Counted from the stretch's first letter, positions 1 through 9,474 are shown. The stretch is DNA of 64,000 bases from Gemmatimonas sp. (GCA_965279375.1 OZ257156.1:462383-526382), one strand, 5' to 3'. Made by a program: numbers and translations. The notes: generated from the sequence alone by a model not told the origin.

Positions 1-182
1 CCAAGGACGCTCGCGCGTCTTTCACCGTCGTGAATCCTTGGCGGTGGGCCTCGTCGAGCTTCGATCCGGAGACCGACCTCTCGTCGGCCGGCACGCAGGG
101 CGCTGCAGCGGTGGGCGGCTTCAACTATGCCACCGATGGAAACCCGCGCAGCTTTCTCCTCACTCTCCGGTTCGGGTTCTGA
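1..182 (+). CDS. TonB-dependent outer-membrane receptor, SusC/RagA type, C-terminal fragment (5' end lies outside the window)
   Basis: Frame 3 reads without stops to ...FDPETDLSSAGTQGAAAVGGFNYATDGNPRSFLLTLRFGF*. The terminal aromatic beta-strand (LRFGF) parallels the C-terminus (ARLNLRF) of the complete SusC-like gene at 40624-43749. A SusD-like lipoprotein gene starts 2 nt downstream. Confidence 0.7.
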   Translation, partial: KDARASFTVVNPWRWASSSFDPETDLSSAGTQGAAAVGGFNYATDGNPRSFLLTLRFGF

Positions 183-184
183 TC

Positions 185-1639
185 ATGCGCACACCGATCC
201 CGCTGCGGGCCTCGCGCCTGCTTCTGCCGTCTATGGCGCTGCTCGCCGTCAGCGCGTGCGAGTCCTTTAAACCCACCGAAGTTCGCAATCCGAATCTCAC
301 CGACGAACAGTTTCTCGGCACACCGGGTGCAGGCGCGTCGTGGCTCCGCGGCACACAGCGGCAGTTCCTGCTGACGCTCAACACCGTGGTACAGAACAGC
401 GAACTCACTTCGGACAACTACTACAACAACTACACGACCAACAACCAGCAGATCGACGGGCTGGTGATCACCTACATCGACCCCGACGTCACCGCCATCC
501 AGAACTCGATCGCGCGCTTGCGCTATCTGGCCACATTTGGACTGGACAGCGTGTTCCCTCGTGATCCGCAGGTGACCGCCAACGACAAGGCCGAGTTGTA
601 CTTCAACCGCGGCATGGCGAACATGTTTGCCGGCGAGATGTTTGTCGGGTTGCCGGCCACGGCGAACGCGGATGTGGCCGCATGGCAGACGCATCTGCAG
701 AACGCGATCAGCGATTTCACGCAGGCCCGCAGTCTCTCCACAGACGCCGTCGCTCGGAACAGCTACACACTCGCGCTGGCGCGGGCCTACCATCGCCTCG
801 GCGACAAGGCGAAGGCTGTGCAGGAAGCGCAAGCGCTGCTCGCTGCGAACGCGACGTTCATTCGCAACGCGGTGTTCGATCCGACCAACGGACCTGCAAA
901 CGCAATGCAGGGTGTGCTCACCAGCTCGGTGAACAACTTCCAACCTCTGCCGCGACTCGACTTTCTCGACCCGAAGTATCCGAATCGGAATGCGACAACG
1001 CAGAGCCCGATGGCGTATCTCAAGGCCGAAGAAGCGCATCTGATCATTGCGGAGGGGCTGCTGTCGGACAACAGCCTCGTGGCCGCGAAGGATCGACTCA
1101 AGCTGCTACTGACGCTCGTGAACTCGCGCCCCACTGAGCAGATCGACAGTCGATTGCAACTCCGTGGTCGCGCGGGCGGAAAGATCGTGTACCCCAACAC
1201 GGCCGACACCAAGGTCGCCTTCGCTGCCGGCGAACCGCTGCTCGACGGCTTCGTGCTGACGCGCTCGGCAACGACGGTGCGGGCGTACACCGTCTCGGGA
1301 ACCTCCGTCACGAACGCGCGTATCGATGCTATCTCGACGATCGACGATGGCCTGTATGTGCTGTACCTGATGCGCCAGGAAATCTTCATGGCGGAAGGTC
1401 GCCGCATGGCCGACCTGGGGATTCGCATGCCGGTCGCGCAAACGGAGATCATCGCCAATCCCAAGACGAAGGACGGCGAGCCGTATACCCAATCGCAGAT
1501 TCCGGCGTTCATCCCCAAGAATCTCGACATGGACTCGTTTACGTACGACGCGACGGCGAAGACGGCGATCATGAAGGTCGACGTGAATCGGGTGCTCGTG
1601 CAGAACAAGACGTCGCCCCTTGTGCTCCCTTTCAACTGA
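185..1639 (+). CDS. SusD/RagB-family nutrient-binding outer-membrane lipoprotein
   Basis: Lies within ORF 38-1639. The internal ATG at 185 gives MRTPIPLRASRLLLPSMALLAVSAC, a lipoprotein signal with a lipobox Cys. It sits directly after a SusC-type gene. It has an Asn/Tyr-rich loop (SDNYYNNYTTNNQQ) and a C-terminal LYLMRQEIFMAEGRRMADLGIR resembling the SusD-family E..EG.R..DL.R motif. Confidence 0.75.
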   Translation: MRTPIPLRASRLLLPSMALLAVSACESFKPTEVRNPNLTDEQFLGTPGAGASWLRGTQRQFLLTLNTVVQNSELTSDNYYNNYTTNNQQIDGLVITYIDPDVTAIQNSIARLRYLATFGLDSVFPRDPQVTANDKAELYFNRGMANMFAGEMFVGLPATANADVAAWQTHLQNAISDFTQARSLSTDAVARNSYTLALARAYHRLGDKAKAVQEAQALLAANATFIRNAVFDPTNGPANAMQGVLTSSVNNFQPLPRLDFLDPKYPNRNATTQSPMAYLKAEEAHLIIAEGLLSDNSLVAAKDRLKLLLTLVNSRPTEQIDSRLQLRGRAGGKIVYPNTADTKVAFAAGEPLLDGFVLTRSATTVRAYTVSGTSVTNARIDAISTIDDGLYVLYLMRQEIFMAEGRRMADLGIRMPVAQTEIIANPKTKDGEPYTQSQIPAFIPKNLDMDSFTYDATAKTAIMKVDVNRVLVQNKTSPLVLPFN

Positions 1640-1640
1640 G

Positions 1641-2816
1641 ATGCGAGACGTGAAGAAGGCTTCGCTGTTTACCTGCGTCACGCGCGCGCTGCCGGCATCG
1701 CTGTTGCCGGCAGCGCTGTTGCCGGCAGCGCTGTTCGCGCAGAATCCTCCCGCACGTCCGGCCGGCGCGCCGACGGCGCCGGCGCGCATCACGGTCGTCG
1801 GTCCCGGTCCGTCCAACTCCATCACCGACGTTCCGGGACTCAAGGTCGGACAGTACCAGCGCTCCGATGGCGGCTACCGATCGGGCACAACGGTCATTCG
1901 CACGGAGAAGGGTGCAACGGCCGGTTATGCACAGATGGGTGGCGCACCGGGCACCAAGGAAACGGATCTGCTCAAGCCGGGCGGCCAGGTACGCGCCGTG
2001 CAGGCCATCATGCTGAGCGGTGGTAGCGCATTCGGGCTTGATGCGGCAACGGGTGTGATGAAGTGGATGGAAGAACACGGTTTTGGCGTACCGGTGGGCG
2101 GAGGTGTGGTGCCCATCGTGCCGGCGGCGATCCTCTTCGATCTGGGACGTGGCGGCGATTTCAAGAAGCGCCCCGATGCTGACTTCGGCTACAAGGCAAC
2201 AGAAGCCGCGACCAGCGACCCGGTGAAGAGTGGGCGCACGGGCATGGGCACGGGCGCCGGCTGGGGTATGGGTACGGCGAGCGTGAAGCTCTCCAACGGC
2301 TACACGGTCGCCGCGATCGTGGGACTCAATCCCGCCGGCTCACCACTCGACACACGGACGTGCCTTCCCTTGGCGCTGTACCTCGAACTGGGCAACGAGT
2401 TTAACCTCGTGCAGCCGAAGGCCGAGGAGTGTCAGGCAGCGGCGGCGGGCCGTGGTGGGCCCGGCGATGGCTCGGACAACGCGGCACGCAACACCACCAT
2501 CGCGCTCGTCGCCACCGACGCGCCGCTGGAAGATCTCGAAGCCGAGCGCATGGCCGTGATCGCCAACGCAGGCCTCGCGCGTTCGATTCGCCCGATTCAC
2601 GGCATCGGTGATGGCGACACGGTGTTTGGAATGGCGACCACGCCGCCGACGCGCGCGATGACCAATCCGGAACTCACAGCGATCTTCAATGCGGCCGCCG
2701 ATGCACTCGGTCGCGCGGTAGTACACGCCGTGATTTCGTCCAAGCAACTGGGCAACAGTCGTGTGGGCTACTGCGATCAGTATCCCAGCGCCTGCGTGAA
2801 GCGCGCCGGCAAGTAA
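1641..2816 (+). CDS. P1-family (S58, DmpA/BapA-like) self-processing aminopeptidase, secreted
   Basis: ATG at 1641, 1 nt after the SusD stop. Signal peptide ends ...LFAQ. Family motifs: NSITDVPGLKVGQ, GTTVI, GGAPGTKETDLL, LSGGSAFGLDAATG, and NTTIALVATDAPL (the position of the autoprocessing nucleophile in DmpA-type enzymes). Confidence 0.85.
   Translation: MRDVKKASLFTCVTRALPASLLPAALLPAALFAQNPPARPAGAPTAPARITVVGPGPSNSITDVPGLKVGQYQRSDGGYRSGTTVIRTEKGATAGYAQMGGAPGTKETDLLKPGGQVRAVQAIMLSGGSAFGLDAATGVMKWMEEHGFGVPVGGGVVPIVPAAILFDLGRGGDFKKRPDADFGYKATEAATSDPVKSGRTGMGTGAGWGMGTASVKLSNGYTVAAIVGLNPAGSPLDTRTCLPLALYLELGNEFNLVQPKAEECQAAAAGRGGPGDGSDNAARNTTIALVATDAPLEDLEAERMAVIANAGLARSIRPIHGIGDGDTVFGMATTPPTRAMTNPELTAIFNAAADALGRAVVHAVISSKQLGNSRVGYCDQYPSACVKRAGK
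1701..1735 (+). repeat. In-frame 15-bp tandem duplication (ctgttgccggcagcg x2, plus a partial third copy)
   Basis: Read directly: 1701-1715 and 1716-1730 are identical, and 1731-1735 repeats the first 5 nt. It encodes LLPAA-LLPAA-LF inside the signal-peptide hydrophobic core of the S58 peptidase. Confidence 0.9.
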
Positions 2817-2824
2817 CGCTGTCG

Positions 2825-3886
2825 ATGAAACGCAAGCTCAAGTACGCGGCGAGTGCGCTCGTCACAGCATCACTGCTCTCCGCTGCAGCGATACCCGCAG
2901 CCAAGACCCTCGACATCTACTTCATCGATGTCGAGGGCGGGCAGTCGACGCTGATCGTCACGCCGTCGGGCGAGTCGCTGCTCATCGACGCAGGATTCCC
3001 GGGCGATGGCACGTTCAACTCCAAGCCGGGCGATCCCGCCGTCGCGCGTGACGCACAGCGCGTAGCCAAGGCGGCGAAGGACGCTGGACTCAAGCAGATC
3101 GATCACCTGATGCTCACGCACTTTCACGCCGATCACTTCGGTGGCGTGATGGAGCTGGCGCAGCTGTTCCCCATCAAGGAGTTCATCGATCATCAGGCGC
3201 CGAGCGTTGCCGCGGATTCTGCGGTGCCGGGTACGATGGCGCTGTACAACGCCTATGCCGCGCTCCGCGCGAAAGGCAAGCATGTGCAGCCCAAGCCTGG
3301 CGACCACCTCAAGCTCAAGGACGCGGAGGTCACCTTTCTCGCCAGCGACGGCAAAGTGCTGACGTCTCCGCTCAAGGGCGCTGGTCAGCCTAACGCAGCG
3401 TGTACGACCGGTGGCGTGCCCGCGCAGGAGAAGCTGGAGAACCCTCTCTCCACGGCGATTCGCCTGCAGTTCGGTGACTTCCGCTTTCTCGACGTGGGTG
3501 ACCTGAGTGGCGCGCCGCTGTACGCGCTGACCTGCCCCGTCAATCTCATCGGCGAGTCGGAGCTGTATCTCATCGCGCACCACGGTGGCGCCGATGGATC
3601 GGATCCGTCGCTCTTTGCCGCGGTGAAGCCGCTCGTCGCGATCTTCAACAACGGTACGCGCAAAGGCGCGCAGGCGAGCACACTGGCGACCGTGCGCTCG
3701 ATGGCGACACTGGACGGATGGCAGCTGCACCGCACGCTCAACAACGGCGCAGAGAACGGGCCGGACGATCGCATCGCCAACCTCGATGAATCCACCAGTC
3801 ACTGGATCAAGGTATCGGCCAAGCGCGACGGCTCATTCACCGTCACCAACGCGCGCACCGGGTACTCCAAGTCGTACAAGCGCTGA
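2825..3886 (+). CDS. Secreted MBL-fold metallo-hydrolase (ComEC/Rec2-related hydrolase-domain type)
   Basis: ATG at 2825. N-terminal signal peptide. LDIYFIDVEGGQSTLIV...LLIDAGFPG and HLMLTHFHADHFGG (HxHxDH zinc motif). Confidence 0.8.
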   Translation: MKRKLKYAASALVTASLLSAAAIPAAKTLDIYFIDVEGGQSTLIVTPSGESLLIDAGFPGDGTFNSKPGDPAVARDAQRVAKAAKDAGLKQIDHLMLTHFHADHFGGVMELAQLFPIKEFIDHQAPSVAADSAVPGTMALYNAYAALRAKGKHVQPKPGDHLKLKDAEVTFLASDGKVLTSPLKGAGQPNAACTTGGVPAQEKLENPLSTAIRLQFGDFRFLDVGDLSGAPLYALTCPVNLIGESELYLIAHHGGADGSDPSLFAAVKPLVAIFNNGTRKGAQASTLATVRSMATLDGWQLHRTLNNGAENGPDDRIANLDESTSHWIKVSAKRDGSFTVTNARTGYSKSYKR

Positions 3887-3910
3887 ACGACGTCGCGTTG
3901 AACGCAAGAA

Positions 3911-3945
3911 CCCCCGATTCGGACGAAGCCGAATCGGGGGTTTTT
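3911..3945 (+). terminator. Rho-independent terminator closing the SusC-SusD-S58-MBL string
   Basis: Perfect hairpin cccccgattcgg / ccgaatcggggg (12-bp stem, 6-nt loop acgaag), followed by ttttt at 3941-3945. It lies 25 nt after the stop at 3886, between convergent genes. Confidence 0.85.
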
Positions 3946-3996
3946 CTTGTGCTGCGATGGCGATCGACACGATGACCGTATCGATCGCCCTCGTGC

Positions 3997-5976
3997 TTAC
4001 ATGACCGTGATCAGGTCCTGCAGCGCCTTCTTGAGCAGGTCCACCTTCTTGGAGTCGCAGCCACGATCGCGATCGAGATCCGACGAGATCTTGGTGAGCG
4101 CTGCCGTGCGCGCCGCGCCCGACGCCTTTTCGGCGGTGGCGATCGACGAGCGAATTTCCGCGATACGCGGAGCTGCAACGCAGCCCTTACGCTCGAGCTG
4201 GTCCGTGTAGGCCTTGGCGAGCGAGAACGACGCCGGCCATTCGATCTTGGGCTGGCCCTGCGCGTTGAGGTACGTCCACTTCACCGTCTTGGCCGCATCC
4301 AGCTCGTTCTGCGAGATGTGCTCGCTCGGCAGCAGCTCCGCGACGTCGAGACCACGCGCGATTTCCGAGCTGACGATCTGGCCGTTGTACCAGTACACCG
4401 ACCACGAGCCGCCCATGACCATGCGCGTCGAGTCAACCGGGCCGCGGTCGAACGAGGCGATTTCCTTCGGGTTCTTGGCGTCCGTCCAATCGAACACCGA
4501 GATGCCGCCCTGATACCACGCCTGCACCATCACGTCGCGGCCCGGGATCGGGACGAGCGAGCCGTTGTGCGCGACGCAGTTCTCGTTGGAGGACTGCACG
4601 GCCGGCAGCTTGTAGTAGCTCTCGAACTTGAGCTTCTTGTTGACGATCGAGAAGATCGCGTCAGCGCCCCACTCCGGCTTGTCGCCGGCGCGGCACTTGG
4701 GCGAACCACCACCGCCCCACTCGTCCGAGAAGAGCAGCTTGGTGCCGTCGTTGTTGAACGTGGCCGAGTGCCAGTAGGCGAAGTTCGAGTCAGCCGCGGC
4801 ATCGAGGCGCACCGGGTTGACCGGATCGCTGATGTCGAGAAGGAGACCATGGCCCTCGCAGGCGCCGCCGGCCAGGCCGAGCGCCGGGTAGACCGTGATG
4901 TCGTGGCACTGCGAGCGATCGGAGACCGGCGCGTTCGGCGAGGACGGGGCCGCGGCGAACATGCGGTTAACCACGCCCTGCACCTGCACGCGGGCGATCG
5001 CCGAGTCGGCGGCCGTGGCCGTCGTGGCGCCACGCAGCTTCATGACGCTGTCGAGCACCGGGCGAACCAACTGCGGCGGGACGACCATGTCCATGCCGGA
5101 CTGCGGGTTCTTGGCGATGAAGCCGCCGCGAGCGCGAGCGGCCGCAACCTGCGCGGTGGCCGCTTCCTTGTCGGCGTCGGAGAGGCCGTGTGCCGGATTG
5201 GCCTTCAGGCCGGCGAAGATATTGGCCTTACCAACGACTGCCGCCTTGGACGGATCGGCGAGGGGAACCTTGATGATCTCGATGCGCAGGCGCGACGAGC
5301 CTGGGTCATCACCGGCGAGGTTACCGGCGCAGCCAGCCAGTTCATTAGGCGAGCGGATGCCAGCAGAGCCGGAGACGTAGATGTAGACGTTCTGCTTGTC
5401 CTTCGGATCTTCGAGCACCGTGTGCGTGTGCGAACCGCGGCACGTCTGCACGTTGGCGACCAGCTTGGGCGTCTTGATGTCCGTGATGTCGAAGACGCGC
5501 ACGCCGCGGAAGCGGATCTTGCTGACCGTGTCGGCGACACCGCCGGGCATGCAGTCCACGCGGCCGTTGTTCGCTTCGGCCGACATGAACATCAGGTTCT
5601 TGTAGACCGAGATGTCGTTCTGCGAGGCCGGGCAGCTGTACGCCGTGACGAGCACCGGCTTGTTGGGATTGGAGACATCCCAGATCACCGGGCCGTTGTA
5701 GTTGCCCTGGATCGCGTAGTTACCCGTGAAGGCGAGGTCGGAGTTGGTGATGCCCAGGAAGCCCTGCGGCGACGCGGCCGTGGCCGTGAGCTTCATGTTC
5801 GACGACGCTTCGCCGGCGTTGAACAGACCGGCCTTCAGGTTGACGCGCGGGTCGGTGAGGCGGTTCGGCGCAGGCTGCGTGTTCGGCTTGGCGCCTGCGC
5901 ACGCCGTCAGGGAGACGAGCGCTGCAACAGCCGCGACAGCGCGCACTCCGCGATGACGCGGTGAGGTGTGGGACAT
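3997..5976 (-). CDS. LVIVD-repeat beta-propeller lipoprotein (function unknown)
   Basis: The ATG at 5976 gives MSHTSPRHRGVRAVAAVAALVSLTAC (lipobox). Repeated motifs of the LVIVD-repeat type: GPVIWDVSNPNKPVLV, VRVFDITDIKTPKLV, GLLLDISDPVNPVRL, GGISVFDWTDAKNPKEI. The family call is moderately confident. Confidence 0.6.
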   Translation of the reverse strand: MSHTSPRHRGVRAVAAVAALVSLTACAGAKPNTQPAPNRLTDPRVNLKAGLFNAGEASSNMKLTATAASPQGFLGITNSDLAFTGNYAIQGNYNGPVIWDVSNPNKPVLVTAYSCPASQNDISVYKNLMFMSAEANNGRVDCMPGGVADTVSKIRFRGVRVFDITDIKTPKLVANVQTCRGSHTHTVLEDPKDKQNVYIYVSGSAGIRSPNELAGCAGNLAGDDPGSSRLRIEIIKVPLADPSKAAVVGKANIFAGLKANPAHGLSDADKEAATAQVAAARARGGFIAKNPQSGMDMVVPPQLVRPVLDSVMKLRGATTATAADSAIARVQVQGVVNRMFAAAPSSPNAPVSDRSQCHDITVYPALGLAGGACEGHGLLLDISDPVNPVRLDAAADSNFAYWHSATFNNDGTKLLFSDEWGGGGSPKCRAGDKPEWGADAIFSIVNKKLKFESYYKLPAVQSSNENCVAHNGSLVPIPGRDVMVQAWYQGGISVFDWTDAKNPKEIASFDRGPVDSTRMVMGGSWSVYWYNGQIVSSEIARGLDVAELLPSEHISQNELDAAKTVKWTYLNAQGQPKIEWPASFSLAKAYTDQLERKGCVAAPRIAEIRSSIATAEKASGAARTAALTKISSDLDRDRGCDSKKVDLLKKALQDLITVM

Positions 5977-6024
5977 GGAGTTTTCTCTACGTTGGCAAAG
6001 GTTCAACAGCACGAACTGGAGGCC

Positions 6025-6738
6025 TCAGTTCGCGGGTGGTACAAATCCCATCTCGAGCATCATGGTCAGCATGCGGCGGATTTCAGTGGACTGATCGACT
6101 TCCACATCCGCAGCGAACTTGAAAATTGTTTCGTCCTGACCGGCGCCCTGTGCGCTGAACAGCGTGCGCACCATCGACACGGCGCCCTTGTGGTGCTGGA
6201 TCATGTAGGTGAGAAACAGCCGATCGAACTCGGGGCCGCGGGAGGCATCGAGCTCCTTCATCTGGGCATCGGTCAGCATGCCGGGCATGGCGGGCATCGC
6301 GCCCATGCCGGCCATGCCAGCCATGTTCGACATGTCGTGGCCAGCCATGCTGTGTGCGGCGCCACCCATGGTGACGTTGCCCGCCGAGTCGACCACAGGG
6401 ACGGTCTGGTTCCGGTCCTTGAGCCACGTCTGCATCAGGTTGATCTCGTCCGTCTGCGCATTGATGATGCGCGCCGTGAGACGCTGAACCGACGGACTGG
6501 CGCCACGCGTGGGCGCCCAGCGGGACATCGTGATCGCCTGCGCATGATGGTGAATCATGCCGGACATGAATTCGATATCAGCCTTCGTGTACGGGTAGCG
6601 GAGGCTGTCGGCGCGGGCGCGGGCAGTCGCGCCCTCCTGACCCATAACGAAAGCAGGCCCAGCCGGACGCGCACTGGCGCAGCCGACCAGACCGACGACG
6701 AGAGCGAGCCGCGCAGCGGCGGCAGCGATGGTGGTCAT
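6025..6738 (-). CDS. DUF305-family (ferritin-like four-helix) lipoprotein with a Met/His-rich metal-binding insert
   Basis: The ATG at 6738 gives MTTIAAAAARLALVVGLVGC (lipobox); the track's longer start at 6768 is a TTG. The two DUF305 half-repeats are FMSGMIHHHAQAITMS and FLTYMIQHHKGAVSMV. The Met-rich segment is HSMAGHDMSNMAGMAGMGAMPAMPGM (nt 6277-6357). Confidence 0.85.
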   Translation of the reverse strand: MTTIAAAAARLALVVGLVGCASARPAGPAFVMGQEGATARARADSLRYPYTKADIEFMSGMIHHHAQAITMSRWAPTRGASPSVQRLTARIINAQTDEINLMQTWLKDRNQTVPVVDSAGNVTMGGAAHSMAGHDMSNMAGMAGMGAMPAMPGMLTDAQMKELDASRGPEFDRLFLTYMIQHHKGAVSMVRTLFSAQGAGQDETIFKFAADVEVDQSTEIRRMLTMMLEMGFVPPAN

Positions 6739-6922
6739 GCGTGTGGTCACGTTCGCAGGATTGGACAACCGCGGGAACGCGGAAGGTTGGTGGAGGCGCC
6801 GGATCTCTTGCCCGGCCGCCCCTTGGCCGGGAAATGTATGCGGCTCGCCGACTCTCGGGGATGCCCGTCTTACCGTCGAGCTCGCCCGTTTGTCCCAACT
6901 TCACGGGTGACCCCGCCGCGAC

Positions 6923-8491
6923 TCAGCGCGCGCCGCCCACCCGAATCGCCTCGAGATCGAGCTCCTGCTCCAGGTCCCGGAGCACCTCGTCGGAGATGGC
7001 GCCCTCGTTGCGCAGCCGCACCAGAATCCGCCGTTCGGCGTTGATCATCCCCGAGCGAAGCCGCTTCCGCACATGCGTCCCGCCGCCGTGCTCGTTGTGC
7101 ATGGCCATCTTGTCGCGCAGCTCCGCTCGCAGCCACTCCACGTCGCGCGGCTCTGCCCACGACTCGCGCGACAGGTCGTCCAGCGCTTCGGCCCCACGGC
7201 GCAACGCCTCGCGGCGCGCAAGGCGCTCTTCCTCTTCGTGCGCGTGCTCTGGCGCAAAGTTGAACGCGCGGATGATCGGCTCGAGGGTCAGCCCCTGCAC
7301 CACGAGCGTCATCACGATGACGACCATCGTGATCAGGATGACTTCGGTGCGAAACGGGAACGCCGTGCCGTTGGCCAGCGTGAGCGGCAACGCCAGTGCT
7401 GTGGCCAGCGAGACGATGCCTCGCATGCTCGTCCACGCCACGAGCGCCACGGCCTTGGGGCGCGGCGGCGCCTCTGTCCGGCGCACTTCCTTGTTGATCA
7501 TGCGCGGCAACCAAGTCGCGATCGGCACCCACACCAATCGCACCACGATCGCCACCACACTGAGAATCGCTCCGGTCCAGATCAGCGGCCACAACGTCGT
7601 GTTCGGTACCGACTGCAGCAACGCGCCAAACTGGGCGCCCAGCAGCAGGAAGATCATCGCGTTGAGCAGAAAGACGAGCAGATCCCACACCGCGCGCGTT
7701 TGCAGGCGCGACATCGGCCCGACGGCCAACGACAGATGCTGCCGCAGGTACAACCCACCAGCGACGCAGGCGAGTACGGCGGAGACATGCACCGTTTCCG
7801 CCGCAATCCACGCCACGTACGGTCCCGCGAGCGTCAGCAACGCCTCGGCCAACGAATCCTTGGTGCGACGCGCGGCGAGAATGATCAGCCACGCCACGAG
7901 CAGGCCGATCATCGCGCCCACGCCCGCATCGATGAAGAAGCGGACGATCGATTCACCCCAACTGAATGCGCCCGTGACCGCGGCCGCTACAGCCGTGCGA
8001 TAGAGCACCAGCGCAGACGCGTCATTCACGAGACTCTCACCCTCGAGAATCACGATCACGCGACGAGGCACGGGCAGTCGGGAGACGATCGCGGCGGCAG
8101 CGACCGCGTCGGGTGGCGAGACGATCGCGCCCAGCGCAACCGCCACCGCCCACGGCAGCCCGGGCATTAGCATTCGCGCCGCGACGGCGATCGCGATCGT
8201 GGTCGCCAGTACGAGTCCGATCGCGAGCAGACCGATCGGACGGAGGTTCGCCTTGAACTCGCGCATCGACGTGAAGAACGCCGCGGCCCACAGAATGGGC
8301 GGCAGGAACACGAAGAACACGAGATCGGGATCGAGCGCGGGGATCTCGACGCCGGGCACGAGCGTGACGAGCAACCCGGCGACGACCTGCAGAATGGGCG
8401 TGGGGATCGGCAGACGACGCGCGAGCGCCGTCAACGCGATCACCAGCGCAGCAAATGCAATGGCAAAAATGACCGGCGGAAAATGCGGCAT
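6923..8491 (-). CDS. Na+/H+ antiporter (CPA1/NhaP type)
   Basis: A 522-aa polytopic membrane protein (about 12 hydrophobic segments) with a soluble C-terminal tail rich in charged helices. The N-terminus MPHFPPVIFAIAFAALVIALTALARRLPIPTPILQVVAGLL is typical of bacterial Na+/H+ exchangers. Its start codon overlaps the upstream gene's stop by 1 nt (TAATG). Confidence 0.8.
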   Translation of the reverse strand: MPHFPPVIFAIAFAALVIALTALARRLPIPTPILQVVAGLLVTLVPGVEIPALDPDLVFFVFLPPILWAAAFFTSMREFKANLRPIGLLAIGLVLATTIAIAVAARMLMPGLPWAVAVALGAIVSPPDAVAAAAIVSRLPVPRRVIVILEGESLVNDASALVLYRTAVAAAVTGAFSWGESIVRFFIDAGVGAMIGLLVAWLIILAARRTKDSLAEALLTLAGPYVAWIAAETVHVSAVLACVAGGLYLRQHLSLAVGPMSRLQTRAVWDLLVFLLNAMIFLLLGAQFGALLQSVPNTTLWPLIWTGAILSVVAIVVRLVWVPIATWLPRMINKEVRRTEAPPRPKAVALVAWTSMRGIVSLATALALPLTLANGTAFPFRTEVILITMVVIVMTLVVQGLTLEPIIRAFNFAPEHAHEEEERLARREALRRGAEALDDLSRESWAEPRDVEWLRAELRDKMAMHNEHGGGTHVRKRLRSGMINAERRILVRLRNEGAISDEVLRDLEQELDLEAIRVGGAR

Positions 8492-9474
8492 TACTTCGGA
8501 AGCTTTCCGTTCAGCGAGTCATAAATGCGGCGCACGGCGATCGGCGCCTGCTGCTCGGCGAGAAACCACGATCCATACGCGCCCCACTGCGCCTGCTTGA
8601 TGGCATCGTCGACCGACAGTCCCTTGGCGTGCAACGAGGTCACCTCGGCGATCACCGCCTGCAGCGACGCGCGGAAGGTCACGAGTTCCTCGCGCGAGAC
8701 CGCGGCGTCTTCGATGAAGCCATGCCCCGGGATGTAGCGCTTGACGTTCATCGCGAGCGCGGCGTCCACGGTCTTCACCCATTCGTCGGGATAGGCCGAA
8801 CGCATCGCTGGAAAGACGCGATTGAGGTAGGCCTCGCTCATGAAGAGGATCCCCTCGGACGGCACCTGCACCATCAGGTCGCCACCGGTGTGCGCGCGCC
8901 CGAGAAAGAGCACGTTCACCGAAATGCCGCCGAGGTCGATCGTCTGTCGGTCGCTGGTCATCGCCGTGGGCGGAACGATCACCACGCGCGGTGGCTTGGC
9001 CGCAGCCGAATCGCGCACGAGCTGCGCACGCGAGTTGGGGTGCACGATGTACGTGATGCCGGAGGGCAGCACGTTGTTTCCCGCCGTATGGTCGCCATGA
9101 TCAGAGCCGACGACGTACCACTTGATCGGAAGTGGCGTCACGGTGCGGATCTTGTCGAGCATCGTTTGCGTGGCTTCCGCACTCCCCTGCCCGTCGGCAA
9201 TCAGCACGCCATCCCTGCCAACCACAAACAGGCTGACGGTGGTGAAGCCGGGTTGCCGGATCTCCTCATAGCCGTAGACCTTCGGCGCGAGTTGTACGAT
9301 GCGCGGGAACGCGGACAGCGGCACACCACGGGCCGCGGGATCGGCGGTTCGCACTACCGATTGCGCTGGTGATTGTGCGACGAGCGGCGAGGAGACCGTG
9401 GGGAGCGCAGCGAGGAGTGCTGCCGCAAGCAGCAATGAGATCGCGCGAGGGGCGACAGGCAGAGAAGGGCGCAT
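8491..9474 (-). CDS. Secreted MBL-fold metallo-hydrolase
   Basis: Signal peptide MRPSLPVAPRAISLLLAAALLAALPTVSSPLVAQ. Contains VVGSDHGDHTAGNN (a variant of HxHxDH) and later HTGGD and PGHG histidines at MBL-like spacing. Confidence 0.7.
   Translation of the reverse strand: MRPSLPVAPRAISLLLAAALLAALPTVSSPLVAQSPAQSVVRTADPAARGVPLSAFPRIVQLAPKVYGYEEIRQPGFTTVSLFVVGRDGVLIADGQGSAEATQTMLDKIRTVTPLPIKWYVVGSDHGDHTAGNNVLPSGITYIVHPNSRAQLVRDSAAAKPPRVVIVPPTAMTSDRQTIDLGGISVNVLFLGRAHTGGDLMVQVPSEGILFMSEAYLNRVFPAMRSAYPDEWVKTVDAALAMNVKRYIPGHGFIEDAAVSREELVTFRASLQAVIAEVTSLHAKGLSVDDAIKQAQWGAYGSWFLAEQQAPIAVRRIYDSLNGKLPK

Noticed and set aside
4318-5964. A 548-aa plus-strand ORF antisense to the LVIVD lipoprotein gene
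   Set aside because: Arg/Asp/Val low-complexity composition, no signal peptide or motifs. The minus-strand frame has a lipobox and repeated propeller motifs.
6741-8003. A 420-aa Ser/Arg-rich plus-strand ORF and a 340-aa minus-strand ORF overlapping the antiporter gene
   Set aside because: Only the 6923-8491 minus frame gives a coherent ~12-TM membrane protein. The others are compositional artefacts.
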